A stretch of 55,560 nt of DNA from assembly GCA_964522545.1 (NCBI GenBank), contig CAZFWM010000002.1:22289-77848 (forward strand). The letters run 5' to 3'. A program made the translations under genes and the position numbers. This stretch comes from an uncultured Thermodesulfobacteriota bacterium (lineage in GTDB: Bacteria; Desulfobacterota; DSWW01; CAZFWM01). Shown one piece after another: positions 36,752 through 46,260 of the stretch (positions within the stretch are counted from its first letter, which is position 1; the number at the start of each line of letters is the position of its first letter). Under the pieces are notes generated by a model that saw only the letters and a list, made by a program, of their open reading frames with translations, ran no database searches and was not told the origin of the DNA.

Positions 36752-36937
36752 ATGAGCGGATGGCTGCAGGGACTCATCGTCGGCGGGATCGTTTGCTGGG
36801 CCGTGGTCTTTTTCCTGCGCCGGACCGCACGCTCCCTGAAGGGGGAGCCCGAGTGTGACGGCTGTCCCGGTGACGGGTCTTGCGACGGAGTGGACAGGGA
36901 TAATCCATGCCCTGAGCCCCGGTCCGGGGGTGATTGA
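36752..36937 (+). CDS. FeoB-associated Cys-rich small membrane protein
   Basis: TM helix followed by CDGCPGDGSC...C, directly after feoB. Confidence 0.75.
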   Translation: MSGWLQGLIVGGIVCWAVVFFLRRTARSLKGEPECDGCPGDGSCDGVDRDNPCPEPRSGGD

Positions 36938-36960
36938 CAAATTCGAATCTGATGACAACT

Positions 36961-36987
36961 GTAGGGGCACGGCATGCCATGCCCCTG
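36961..36987. repeat. GTAG-type REP-like palindrome
   Basis: gtaggggcacggcatgccatgcccctg, followed by ggg(g/a)tca-like heptamers (36991-37018). Confidence 0.6.
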
Positions 36988-37034
36988 TTAGGGATCAGGT
37001 TTCAGGGGTCAGGGGTCTGGAGATGGGAGCGGAG

Positions 37035-38312
37035 ATGAAAATGGTTTCAGCGTATCGTGCTCGACGAGGCAATGGCTGGATCGTCCGACTTGCAGCACTC
37101 TCGGCGGCCTTATTCCTCGCACCGCTTCTTCTCGATGGGTGTACCCGTAAACATGGAGGCCCCTACCCGTCCCTCATCATGACCCTGGCCCAGTTCAAAA
37201 AGAGCAAGGGGCCGGACGGAAAGCTCAAGATGACTCCGGGTCCGGCCAAGCTCGTCCTGCTGCGCAAAACCGGCGGGGACTGGCAGAGGATCACGGTGGA
37301 GGACCCGGAGAGCAACGTCTTTCACAAGGCGCTCCCCCTCGACCTCGATGAAGGGGGGACGGGAATCCTCACGATCGGGGCCATGAAGGCCGCCCTCAAG
37401 ATCTGGAGCTGGGACGGGAGTGCGTGGACCGACCGGGCGATCTGGGCGCCCACCTTCGGCGGCAAGTGGGACCGGCTGCGCGACGCCGAGATCGGCGACG
37501 TCACAGGAGACGGCACCGACGAGATCGTCATAGCCACTCACGATCAGGGAGTGGTGGCCGTGGCGGTGAAGGAGGGCGGGGGCTGGCGGATCGACGAGAT
37601 GGGCCGGGCGCCCGGGACCTTTGTCCATGAGGTCGAGATCGGAGACGCCGACGGCGACGGACTGAAGGAGTTCTTCGTGACCCCATCGGAGCCGAACCGG
37701 GCCACCATGGAGTCCCAGCCGGGTCGGGTCGACATGTACAAGTGGAACGGCAGCGTTTTCGACCGGACCGAGGTCGACACATTCGAGAAGAGCCACGCAA
37801 AGGAGATCCTCGCCGTGGACCTGGAGGGACGGGGCAGGGCCACCCTGTTCGCGGTCGTGGAGGCGGAGACGAGGAAGCAGGGCCGGGAGACGATCGTGGT
37901 GCGGCCCGTCACCATAAAGCAGTACAGCTTCGACGCGGCGGGGGGGATAACCTCGCGGGTCGTGGCCACACTGAAGGACAGCCAGTGCCGCTTCCTCTCC
38001 CCGGGAGACCTGGACGGCGACGGGTCGACGGACCTGGTCGCAGCGGCTATGAAATCGGGCCTCTGGATACTTCGCGCCCAGCCCGACGGAACATGGAGGC
38101 CCTCTCTGATCGACGCCCGCTCATCGGGCTATGAGCACACGACCCTGGTGTGCGATCTCGAGGGGGACGGACGGCCCGAGATCTACGTGGCGGCCGACGA
38201 TCAGCAGGAGGTGAGGCGGTATGACTGGAAAGAAGGCAGATTCGAAAAGCGGGTCATCGCGAAAATCGACCCCAACGACATCACGTGGAACCTCACGGCC
38301 GGCAGCTTCTAA
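37035..38312 (+). CDS. FG-GAP/VCBS-repeat putative lipoprotein
   Basis: Lipobox LLDGC; repeats GDVTGDG, GDADGDG, GDLDGDG and DLEGDG. Start uncertain. Confidence 0.75.
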   Translation: MKMVSAYRARRGNGWIVRLAALSAALFLAPLLLDGCTRKHGGPYPSLIMTLAQFKKSKGPDGKLKMTPGPAKLVLLRKTGGDWQRITVEDPESNVFHKALPLDLDEGGTGILTIGAMKAALKIWSWDGSAWTDRAIWAPTFGGKWDRLRDAEIGDVTGDGTDEIVIATHDQGVVAVAVKEGGGWRIDEMGRAPGTFVHEVEIGDADGDGLKEFFVTPSEPNRATMESQPGRVDMYKWNGSVFDRTEVDTFEKSHAKEILAVDLEGRGRATLFAVVEAETRKQGRETIVVRPVTIKQYSFDAAGGITSRVVATLKDSQCRFLSPGDLDGDGSTDLVAAAMKSGLWILRAQPDGTWRPSLIDARSSGYEHTTLVCDLEGDGRPEIYVAADDQQEVRRYDWKEGRFEKRVIAKIDPNDITWNLTAGSF

Positions 38313-39189
38313 GCGACGCCGGGCTCCCGAGGCACACACCCGAGCCGCGAGGGGGCGTAGCGACGAAACATTCCCGTCTCCTCCCAAGCTCACCAAGTCA
38401 TACAGGAACATCCCCTTCCTCGAGAGCCGCGACGCCCGGGTGCTCAGGATCCTCTCCGAGTATCTCGAGCCGCTGTGGCGGTTCCGCAGGGAGCGGGTGA
38501 GGAACACCATCGTCTTCTTCGGCTCCTCCCGGGCCCTGCCGAGAGATGTCGCCGCGGAGCACCTGAAGGATCTCCGATCGGACGCGAACAAGGCCGGAGA
38601 CGCGAGCGCGGAGCTCCGGAAGGCGATCCAGGATGCCAGGGTCGACCTGAAGATGTCGCGCTTCTACGAGGACGCGATGAAGCTCGCCTCCATGATCACG
38701 AAGTGGTCCAAGCAAGTGGAGAGGAGCAAACAGTTCATCGTCTGTTCGGGGGGCGGACCCGGGATCATGGAGGCGGCGAACCGGGGCGCGGCCGAGGCGG
38801 GCGGAAAATCGGTCTCCCTGGGGATCAGCCTCCCCTTCGAATCCCCCAACATCTATAACTACCCGGACCTCTCATTCGAGTTCCACTACTTCTTCATGCG
38901 CAAGTTCTGGTTCGCCTACCTGGCCAAGGTGCTCGTCGTGTTCCCGGGCGGCTTCGGCACCCTGGACGAGTGCATGGAGACGCTGACCCTGGTCCAGACC
39001 AAAAAGCTGGAGAAGGAGCTCCCCATCGTCCTCTACGGGCGGAGCTACTGGAAGAAGGTCCTGAACTTCGACGCCCTGGTCGATCACCGGGTGCTGGATC
39101 CCGCCGACCTGAATCTATTCACCTACTGCGACACCCCCAAAGAGGCCTTCGACACGATCAAGACGGAGCTGCAGCGGATCTATCCGTAA
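38221..39189 (+). CDS. LOG family (TIGR00730-like) Rossmann-fold protein
   Basis: SGGGPGIMEAANRGA, FHYFFMRKFWF and FPGGFGTLDE; GGAGGTG RBS before ATG 38221. Confidence 0.92.
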   Translation: MTGKKADSKSGSSRKSTPTTSRGTSRPAASKRRRAPEAHTRAARGRSDETFPSPPKLTKSYRNIPFLESRDARVLRILSEYLEPLWRFRRERVRNTIVFFGSSRALPRDVAAEHLKDLRSDANKAGDASAELRKAIQDARVDLKMSRFYEDAMKLASMITKWSKQVERSKQFIVCSGGGPGIMEAANRGAAEAGGKSVSLGISLPFESPNIYNYPDLSFEFHYFFMRKFWFAYLAKVLVVFPGGFGTLDECMETLTLVQTKKLEKELPIVLYGRSYWKKVLNFDALVDHRVLDPADLNLFTYCDTPKEAFDTIKTELQRIYP

Positions 39190-39412
39190 GGCCGTAGAAC
39201 GGCAACTTCCAAAAACAATTCGGGCCATTTCCATAGGGCGGGCCGTGCCCGCCAAATGGGGCGGCCCCATGTGTCCGCTCTTCCGGACGCGATGAATCAC
39301 GCCCCTTCAATCGAATTGGACTTTTCAGGACTTTTGTATTATAATAGAAAAGTTGGAATACGTCCGAATTGATTTCTTGTTGCACCGTATCCTTTCCCAA
39401 GGAGAGCACCTC

Positions 39413-41590
39413 ATGAAGTATTCAAGAATTTTGCCCCTGATAGCGACCGTCGCCCTCGTACTGGCAGGTACAACCACGGCCCTGGCCGCGGATGAATCCC
39501 GGGCCGCTAAGCTCGAGGAGATCCGTGCCGCCATCGTCGAAAAGGGGGCTCAGTGGACGGCCGATGAAAACCCGATCTTCAACATGCCGCGCGAAAAGCG
39601 TCGCGCCATGCTCGCCCCCTTCGTGGACGAAATACCCCTGCCCGACTCTATCCCCTTCACGCCCTCAGCCCGGACCCTCCCGACCCACTTCGACTGGCGG
39701 GACAAGGACGGACACAACTGGGTGACCCCGGTCCGCTACCAGGCGGACTGCGGGAGCTGCTGGTCCTTCTCCGTAACCGGTCCCTTCGAGGTACTCATCC
39801 GCATCGCCACGGATAATCCCTACCTCGACGTAGACCTGAGCGAGCAGTACATCGTCTCCTGCGCCTTCGGAGGCTGTTATGGCGGGTCCATCTCCACGGC
39901 GGTGAGCTTCCTCCAGAATGCGGGCACCGTGGACGAGGATTGCTTCCCCTATGCGGCGTCCGACCTGCCCTGCGGCGACCGGTGCGACGACTGGGAAGAA
40001 CGACTTCACAAGACTATCGGCCACTCTCACATCACCTCGTCCACCACCGCCATCAAAGAGGCGATCGCCCAGGGACCGGTGACCAGCTCCATGAAGATCT
40101 ACGAGGATTTCGACGCCTATTCGGGCGGGATCTACGAGCACACCTCGGGCGCCTTCGACGGGTGGCATGCCGTGCACCTGATCGGCTGGGACGATGCCGA
40201 GCAGTACTGGATCGCCAAGAACAGCTGGTCCGAGTACTGGGGTGAGAACGGCTTCTTCCGGATCCGGTGGGGCGAGGTGGACATCGGCACGAACGTATAC
40301 CTCATGTACTACACGGATCCCTGTATCGACGAGGACGAAGACGGGTACGGAGATCCCGGGCATGATTTCTGTGAATACCCCGAGGGGGACTGTGACGACA
40401 CCGACCCGGACGTCCACCCCTGCACGATAGAGATCTGCGGAAACGGGATCGACGAAGACTGCACCGGGGGCGACCGGCCCTGCACCGGGATACAGGAGGC
40501 CGAGCCGAACGAGACGCCGGCCCAGGCCACCGGTCTCGGCGTCCTCTCGGCCTCCATCAGCGCCGCAGGGAATCTCTGTCCCCTCGGATTCGACGGGTAC
40601 CAATACACCGGGGACCAGGACTACTTCCGATTCACCATGTCGGGCTCGCTCGACAGCGTCTCGGCGATGATCTCTCTCGACTGGAGCGGCGCCACCGGCG
40701 ACAGCGACTTCGACATGCGCCTCTACCAGGCCGACGGCGTAACCCTCATCAAGGGCGACTATGTAGGCAAACCCCGGGTGATCGAGAGCGTGCTTGATCC
40801 GGGTACGGACTATGTATTGCTGGTGGCTGGCAGGGAGGGGGCCCCCGGAGACTACTCCCTCACCCTCAGCACGGGGAGCTGCTGGGATGACGACGGCGAC
40901 GGGTACCAGGACGAGGCGTGCGGCGGAGACGACTGCGACGACGCCGACCCCGCGATCAATCCGGGCACGGCTGAGGACTGCGACGACGGGATCGACAACG
41001 ACTGTGACGGCAAGGTTGACTGGGCGGACCTGGAGTGTGCCTGCTGGGACGACGATGGCGACGGGTACGAGGACGAGGCGTGCGAAGGAGACGACTGCGA
41101 TGACGCCGACCCGGGCGTAAACCCCGGAGCCGACGAGATCTGTGCGGACGGGATCGACAACGACTGCTCCGGCGCCGAGGACGACAAGGATATCGACGGT
41201 GACGGCTACTTCGACAAGGACTGTCCCGGTGGAAACGACTGCGATGATGATGACCTCTCGACCCACCCCTATGCCCCGGAGCTGTGCGACGGAAAGGACA
41301 ACAACTGCTCCGGCTCACCCGGCTCGGATGAAGTGGACCTCGACGCTGACGGTTACATGGTCTGCGAAGGCGACTGCAACGACTTTCAGCCCCTCGCCCA
41401 TCCCGGGATGCAGGAGATCCCTGGCGATGGAATAGACAACGACTGCGACGGCCTGGTCGACGAGGGGGCCGGCACCTGCTCCATCGACAAAGACGGAAAG
41501 GCCATCGGGATCGGCGGAATCTTTTTATTGCTACTTTCTGTGCCCACGACGGTCGCCATACTGGTCAGGCGGCGTTCGTCGGGCAAGTGA
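39413..41590 (+). CDS. Secreted C1A (papain-like) cysteine protease with PPC-like domain, five MopE-like metal-binding repeats and a C-terminal sorting/TM tail
   Basis: Signal peptide; FDWR, QADCGSCWSF, WHAV and KNSW catalytic motifs; D-x-DGDGY...GIDNDCDG repeats; C-terminal Cys-TM-RRR. Confidence 0.9.
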   Translation: MKYSRILPLIATVALVLAGTTTALAADESRAAKLEEIRAAIVEKGAQWTADENPIFNMPREKRRAMLAPFVDEIPLPDSIPFTPSARTLPTHFDWRDKDGHNWVTPVRYQADCGSCWSFSVTGPFEVLIRIATDNPYLDVDLSEQYIVSCAFGGCYGGSISTAVSFLQNAGTVDEDCFPYAASDLPCGDRCDDWEERLHKTIGHSHITSSTTAIKEAIAQGPVTSSMKIYEDFDAYSGGIYEHTSGAFDGWHAVHLIGWDDAEQYWIAKNSWSEYWGENGFFRIRWGEVDIGTNVYLMYYTDPCIDEDEDGYGDPGHDFCEYPEGDCDDTDPDVHPCTIEICGNGIDEDCTGGDRPCTGIQEAEPNETPAQATGLGVLSASISAAGNLCPLGFDGYQYTGDQDYFRFTMSGSLDSVSAMISLDWSGATGDSDFDMRLYQADGVTLIKGDYVGKPRVIESVLDPGTDYVLLVAGREGAPGDYSLTLSTGSCWDDDGDGYQDEACGGDDCDDADPAINPGTAEDCDDGIDNDCDGKVDWADLECACWDDDGDGYEDEACEGDDCDDADPGVNPGADEICADGIDNDCSGAEDDKDIDGDGYFDKDCPGGNDCDDDDLSTHPYAPELCDGKDNNCSGSPGSDEVDLDADGYMVCEGDCNDFQPLAHPGMQEIPGDGIDNDCDGLVDEGAGTCSIDKDGKAIGIGGIFLLLLSVPTTVAILVRRRSSGK

Positions 41591-41616
41591 ACCTTCTTCC
41601 TCATCCTTCTCAGTTG

Positions 41617-41657
41617 AAACGGGGGATCGCCTTGGCTGGCCGATCCCCCGTTTTTTT
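41617..41657 (+). terminator. Rho-independent terminator
   Basis: aaacgggggatcg...cgatcccccg followed by T7. Confidence 0.85.
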
Positions 41658-41671
41658 CTCGTTTTGAATCG

Positions 41672-41733
41672 CTACAACGTTGCGGATCAGCGGCCGATCG
41701 TCAGCGAGGTCCGACTGAATCCGCTTGTTCTGC
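41672..41733 (-). other. Canonical attC site
   Basis: Minus strand GCAGAAC-AAGCG-GATTCAGT...GCTGATC-CGCAAC-GTTGTAG. Confidence 0.88.
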
Positions 41734-42240
41734 GTCCTCTCCGTCCAGACTGAGCTCCAGCTTCTCCGTCTTGGGACGGAATCCGCGGTCAACGTAGAAG
41801 CTTCTCGCTCTGCTGTTTTCTATCCACACGCTGGTCTGGACGGATGTCAAACCCTTCACTCTGACCCACGCAATGGCTGCATCGAATAGCGCTGTGCCAA
41901 TGCCTTGATCGCGGTGGGCCTTGTCGACCACGGCGTTCTCAATCATCGCGAAATGGTGTGGCTTGAACATCGGGAAAGGCGGATGCGATCGCTTCTCGAC
42001 GTTCACGAATCCGACTATCTCCCCGTCCCGCTCTGCTACAAGGTAGTCAGCGTCTTCATCTGTGATGAACTTGGCGAGCGCATCCGGAGCGCGTGCGTCT
42101 CCATCGACGGGTTGAAAGACGTCAGGGAGGAGCTCGGCGTGATAGTGATCCAACTGCCGATAGAGACGTTGGATCTCCTCGATGTCATCCGGTGTCGCCG
42201 TGCGTATGGTCATTTCACTCATCGTCTTTGTCCGCAGAAC
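41678..42240 (-). mobile_element. Solo integron-type gene cassette (GNAT)
   Basis: Starts with GTTCTGCG (42240), complementary to its own attC R''; the ATG follows 18 nt later. Confidence 0.8.
41701..42222 (-). CDS. GNAT family acetyltransferase
   Basis: TIRTAT, VVDKAHRDQGIGTALF and NSRARSFYVDRGF. Confidence 0.92.
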   Translation of the reverse strand: MSEMTIRTATPDDIEEIQRLYRQLDHYHAELLPDVFQPVDGDARAPDALAKFITDEDADYLVAERDGEIVGFVNVEKRSHPPFPMFKPHHFAMIENAVVDKAHRDQGIGTALFDAAIAWVRVKGLTSVQTSVWIENSRARSFYVDRGFRPKTEKLELSLDGEDAEQADSVGPR

Positions 42241-42555
42241 TATTAAGTAGACAGTCTAAAAAAGTAAACAAAACTGCGAGCTTCGTCAACATATTCCGAA
42301 TGAAAATCCACATCAAGAAATGTAAGGTTTTGTTATATTATCAAAGAGTTGTACGCGCTGCAATTTGGAATGTAGTGCAGACAAACACTGCGAATCTTGC
42401 AGCCTATCTCCTTCCGGAATATGCAGCGAGTTCGCAGCCTAATCAAACCATTTTCCCGATCTCGGTAGGTCCGTAACGCAGGAAAGACCGATCTGATAAA
42501 CAAACGATTTCCCTGTTTGCCGGCCGGTGACCAGCGTTACGGCAGGACTCCTACC

Positions 42556-42572
42556 TGGGAAAATTTTGCCCA
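42556..42572. promoter_or_regulatory. Candidate sigma54-activator binding site
   Basis: TGGGAAAATTTTGCCCA starting 146 bp upstream of the -24 GG; resembles the flgF site. Confidence 0.5.
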
Positions 42573-42699
42573 TTACCCCGAAGGCCGAGATGTCGCTTTT
42601 TTCCTTTTCCGGTTCCCTCCGACACAGATAAAACTACAATTACAATCCTCAACCTATTGTATTTCATGACATTTTAGCATCGCCCCTCACAGAGCCGAC

Positions 42700-42716
42700 A
42701 TGGCATGGCCGTTGCA
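42700..42716 (+). promoter_or_regulatory. Sigma54 promoter of the glycosylation operon
   Basis: ATGGCATGGCCGTTGCA, GG-N10-GC. Confidence 0.75.
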
Positions 42717-42980
42717 AATCCAACGGTTCATCCTGGTGGTATATCCGCCAATGCCAGCGGCGGAACGCTCGGCCTCCGTCCGACTTGCCTCCCGTCCATC
42801 GACGGGAACGGACGTAAGGTCGGTCCGCCGTACCCCCTCACCCCTTATCGCTTCCAGGGGAGGGGGGGAAAGGGAAGAGGTGAGAGGGATGTGCTATGCC
42901 CTTCAGTCTTCATCTGGGAGCCGGGGAGAGTCGTTGTTCTCTCCCCGGCTCTCCCCCTTTCCCTGTCCAGTGAAAAACTG

Positions 42981-44633
42981 ATGAAAAAGATACTCGTCAT
43001 ACAAATCGCGCGTCTCGGAGACCTCCTCCAGAGCACGCTCTTCCTTCGCGCTCTCAGAGAGCACGATCCAGGGGCTTTGATCACCGTCGTCGTGAACGAG
43101 CATCTAAGGCCGGTACTGGAATCCAATCCGTGTGTGGATGAAGTGATCGGGCTCGACCTGGAGGCTCTCACCAGGCAGGTGGGCGACCGGCGCTCTTCCC
43201 TGGCCAGCCGCTACACGCAGGTGCGAAATAGAATCGGAGACCTGCTCGGGGCTCGATTCAGCGATGTCTACAACCTCAACTACGCACCGGCGGCACTCTA
43301 CCTGGCCTCCACGGTGCCCGCCGCACGGAGAGGCGGCTACTGGCTCCGCAACAGGCCCGGCCGGGATGGTCTGGATGAGGCGGTCGTCCGCGACCCCTGG
43401 CTCGACTGCCTCTTTGCAAGCATATCGTGCCGCAGGATGAGCCGCATAAACCTTGTCGATGTCTATGGGGGCTGCGCACCGGGTCCGCCTCGACGGCGCT
43501 CCCTCTCGTTTCCGGTCGGCCCTGAAGATCAGGCTCGTGCGGAAGACCTTCTCTGCCGGCTCGGCCTGAAAGGCCGCTCCCCTCTGGTCGGGCTCCAGGT
43601 CGGCTCCAGGAGTACGGTTCGGCGCTGGCCCCCTGCCTCATTTGCCCGGCTGGCCGATCGCCTGATCCAAAGATTTGGCGCATCGATCGTACTGCTCGGG
43701 GCCGGGGACGAAAAGGGCCTGGCCGAAGCCGTCCTCCGAGGCGTGAACGAAAAGAGGATCGTGCGAGAGAAGGGAATGGTCGCGAATGCGGTCGGCACTA
43801 CAGGGCTGAGAGATCTCGCCGCCCTGCTCGGGCGCTGCCGACTTCTCGTGACGACCGACACGGGGGCGATGCACGTGGCAGCCGCCGTCGGAACACCCGT
43901 GGCGTCTCTCTTCTTCGCCTCGGCGGACTGTCACACGACCGGCCCTTATGGGTCAGGCCATTATGTCATCCAGACCGACCTCCCCTGCCACCCATGTGAC
44001 GAGGAAGCCCCCGGCTGCGCCGGGGTTCTGTGCCGCGAGCTGATCACCCCGGACTCTGTCTGCGAAGCCGCGAAGCTGCTTCTCGAGGGCGAAGAATCCA
44101 GCACGGTTTCAGAAAGGGCCGACTTCAGCGGCGGCCTGACCCTCTACCGGTCCTCTATCAGTGCGCGGGGAGTGCGATACGATCCGGTCGCCGGTGACCG
44201 GCTCCCGCCGGAGCATGATGTCGCGGTCCTCTACAGGAAGGCCTGGTGGTCGATCCTGAACCGCGGGCGACAGAGCGTCGGCGAAGCAGAGCCTGCCTCC
44301 ATGCTGAGCGATGAAGCCCTGGCCTTGCGGTTCGGCCGGCTTCGACTCCTCTTTGAACAGGGCCTCGAGGCGGCGGGCCCGCCTGCGGATCGGAACGAGG
44401 AGGCCGTGCGGCATGAGGCCGACCGGATCGAGACACGCTGCACAGAAGAGGCGGAGGGCACTCCCCTGCTGGTCCCGATGGTACAGTACCTGAAATTCGC
44501 CGGGCAGAGCGCCCGCAGCCGGGCCAATGGGTCCTGGCCGGGGTCGATGCACACGATCTATGAAGGACTCGCCCGCGGGGCACGGATCATGGAGGAAGGG
44601 CTGGGGAACCATGAATATATTGGGAATCACTAA
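42981..44633 (+). CDS. Glycosyltransferase family 9 protein
   Basis: MKKILVIQIARLGDLLQ, RRWP, TDTGAMHVAAAVG, TGPYG and CHPC. Confidence 0.9.
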   Translation: MKKILVIQIARLGDLLQSTLFLRALREHDPGALITVVVNEHLRPVLESNPCVDEVIGLDLEALTRQVGDRRSSLASRYTQVRNRIGDLLGARFSDVYNLNYAPAALYLASTVPAARRGGYWLRNRPGRDGLDEAVVRDPWLDCLFASISCRRMSRINLVDVYGGCAPGPPRRRSLSFPVGPEDQARAEDLLCRLGLKGRSPLVGLQVGSRSTVRRWPPASFARLADRLIQRFGASIVLLGAGDEKGLAEAVLRGVNEKRIVREKGMVANAVGTTGLRDLAALLGRCRLLVTTDTGAMHVAAAVGTPVASLFFASADCHTTGPYGSGHYVIQTDLPCHPCDEEAPGCAGVLCRELITPDSVCEAAKLLLEGEESSTVSERADFSGGLTLYRSSISARGVRYDPVAGDRLPPEHDVAVLYRKAWWSILNRGRQSVGEAEPASMLSDEALALRFGRLRLLFEQGLEAAGPPADRNEEAVRHEADRIETRCTEEAEGTPLLVPMVQYLKFAGQSARSRANGSWPGSMHTIYEGLARGARIMEEGLGNHEYIGNH

Positions 44634-44639
44634 AGAACA

Positions 44640-46124
44640 ATGATGCAGACTGAAACGCTATACGAACTCAACCTCCGGTCTCTGGCTGCCCGCTTTCCCG
44701 GGGTCGCCGCCAGGCTTGCCCGAATCCGCCGGCGGCATGTGAGCTCACAAAGGGACGGACCGGGCACAAATGAGATCGAGATCCTAGCTGCCTCGAAGGG
44801 GGGGGCCAAAACGGCCAGGTGCAGATCTAGCGGCGTTCTGGTGCACAGCCGGGTCGATCCTCTCGCCGAAGCCCGGCGCATTGCCCGGCAAGTCCTGGAC
44901 ACAGGCGCCCGGCGCTTTCTCATCTTCGGCTTCGGCCTCGGCCATCACGTCCGGGCGATCCTTACCGCCTCTGGCGGGGATGTAGAGGCGGTGACCGTCT
45001 TCGAGTTCAGTCCTTCCTTGCTTGTGGCCGCGATGCGCGCCTCGGACCTCACGGGTCTCATGGAGGACCCCCGAGTGAGCCTCCACCTTCCTCGCTCCAC
45101 CCTGGAGTTCGCGAAGGCGATCATGGAGCTCGAGCACGTGTACTACCGGCACTTCTACCATCGGCCCTCCCTACGCATTGCATCCGGATCGATGAAGGAA
45201 GCGGTGGACATCGTGGAGGGCCTCTCTGTAGAGCAGATCAATACGGATCGGCGCCTGCGCGAGATGGAAGAGAACAGGGAGCGCAACCGGACCGCCGTGG
45301 CGTCCGCCCCCGGCGTCGAGACCCTCTTCGGACGGGGACGGGGAAGAGGGGCCGTGATCGTTGCCGCCGGCCCATCCCTGGACACTACGATGCCCCACCT
45401 CCACAGCCTTAACGGAAACGCGGCCGTCATCGCCGTGAACGCCGTCTTTCGCAAGCTCACGACCTCGGGCATACGGCCGGACGCTGTGGTCTGCATTGAA
45501 TCGCGGCCCGAAATCATGGGTGACTTCGAGGGGCTCTGGGAGAGCGACGTGCCTCTCATCTTTCTACCGACAACTCAGTACCGCGTCGTGGCCAGGTATG
45601 GAGGGCCTAAGATCGTTGCCTATCCGGAGGGGGACCTGGCCACGAACGCCTTTGCCCGGGAATTCCCGAAGGGGAGACTGGCGAGCGGCCTGGGCTCGGC
45701 CGCCGGAAGCGCAATCGACCTGGCCATAAGGATGGACGCCAACCCGATCCTATTCACTGGGCTCGACCTTGCCTTCACCGGCCGGCGCCCGTACTGCGAC
45801 GACGTCGAGACCGGCGAAAGCTTACGGGCCACCGGAGGTCCTTTCGCGAGAAACGTTCCGGCCGTCGGGGGGGGGCGGGTGCCGACCAGCCCCGCCTTTT
45901 ACCACGCCCTGCAGGCAATCAAGCGTCTCATCCTCGAGGAGAAACAACGCTGTATAGACCGGCTCTTCATCGACGCCACCGGAGGGGGGGCCCGGATCGA
46001 CGGAACCCGGATCATACCGCTCGAAGAGATAGCGACTTTTCTCGGCAGTGAAACAGCGAAACCGCAGGCAAACATAACACCCAAGAGCACAAAGGATGAA
46101 CAAATTTTTTCTTTGCATATGTGA
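44640..46124 (+). CDS. Motility-associated factor (Maf/DUF115) putative flagellin glycosyltransferase
   Basis: NLRSL, HSRVDP, FGFGLG, AVIVAAGPSLD, GLDLAF and IDATGGGARIDG. Confidence 0.88.
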   Translation: MMQTETLYELNLRSLAARFPGVAARLARIRRRHVSSQRDGPGTNEIEILAASKGGAKTARCRSSGVLVHSRVDPLAEARRIARQVLDTGARRFLIFGFGLGHHVRAILTASGGDVEAVTVFEFSPSLLVAAMRASDLTGLMEDPRVSLHLPRSTLEFAKAIMELEHVYYRHFYHRPSLRIASGSMKEAVDIVEGLSVEQINTDRRLREMEENRERNRTAVASAPGVETLFGRGRGRGAVIVAAGPSLDTTMPHLHSLNGNAAVIAVNAVFRKLTTSGIRPDAVVCIESRPEIMGDFEGLWESDVPLIFLPTTQYRVVARYGGPKIVAYPEGDLATNAFAREFPKGRLASGLGSAAGSAIDLAIRMDANPILFTGLDLAFTGRRPYCDDVETGESLRATGGPFARNVPAVGGGRVPTSPAFYHALQAIKRLILEEKQRCIDRLFIDATGGGARIDGTRIIPLEEIATFLGSETAKPQANITPKSTKDEQIFSLHM

Positions 46125-46128
46125 GATT

Positions 46129-46187
46129 CCTCTGAGGAACCCATGAACCCAGGAACTCTTTTCCTGGTTTCCTGGGTTCCTCAGAGG
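46129..46187. repeat. Intergenic inverted repeat / hairpin
   Basis: cctctgaggaaccca...tgggttcctcagagg. Confidence 0.7.
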
Positions 46188-46260
46188 CCCACTTTCACTT
46201 TTTGACTGGTTAGTACTGCTAATCCGACTTAGCTGAACCTCGTATGTGCGGGGAAAGGAA

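Noticed and set aside
42705-42980. 92-aa N-terminal extension of the first GT9
   Set aside because: It starts inside the sigma54 promoter and crosses palindromic repeat DNA; the family N-terminus begins at MKKILV (42981).
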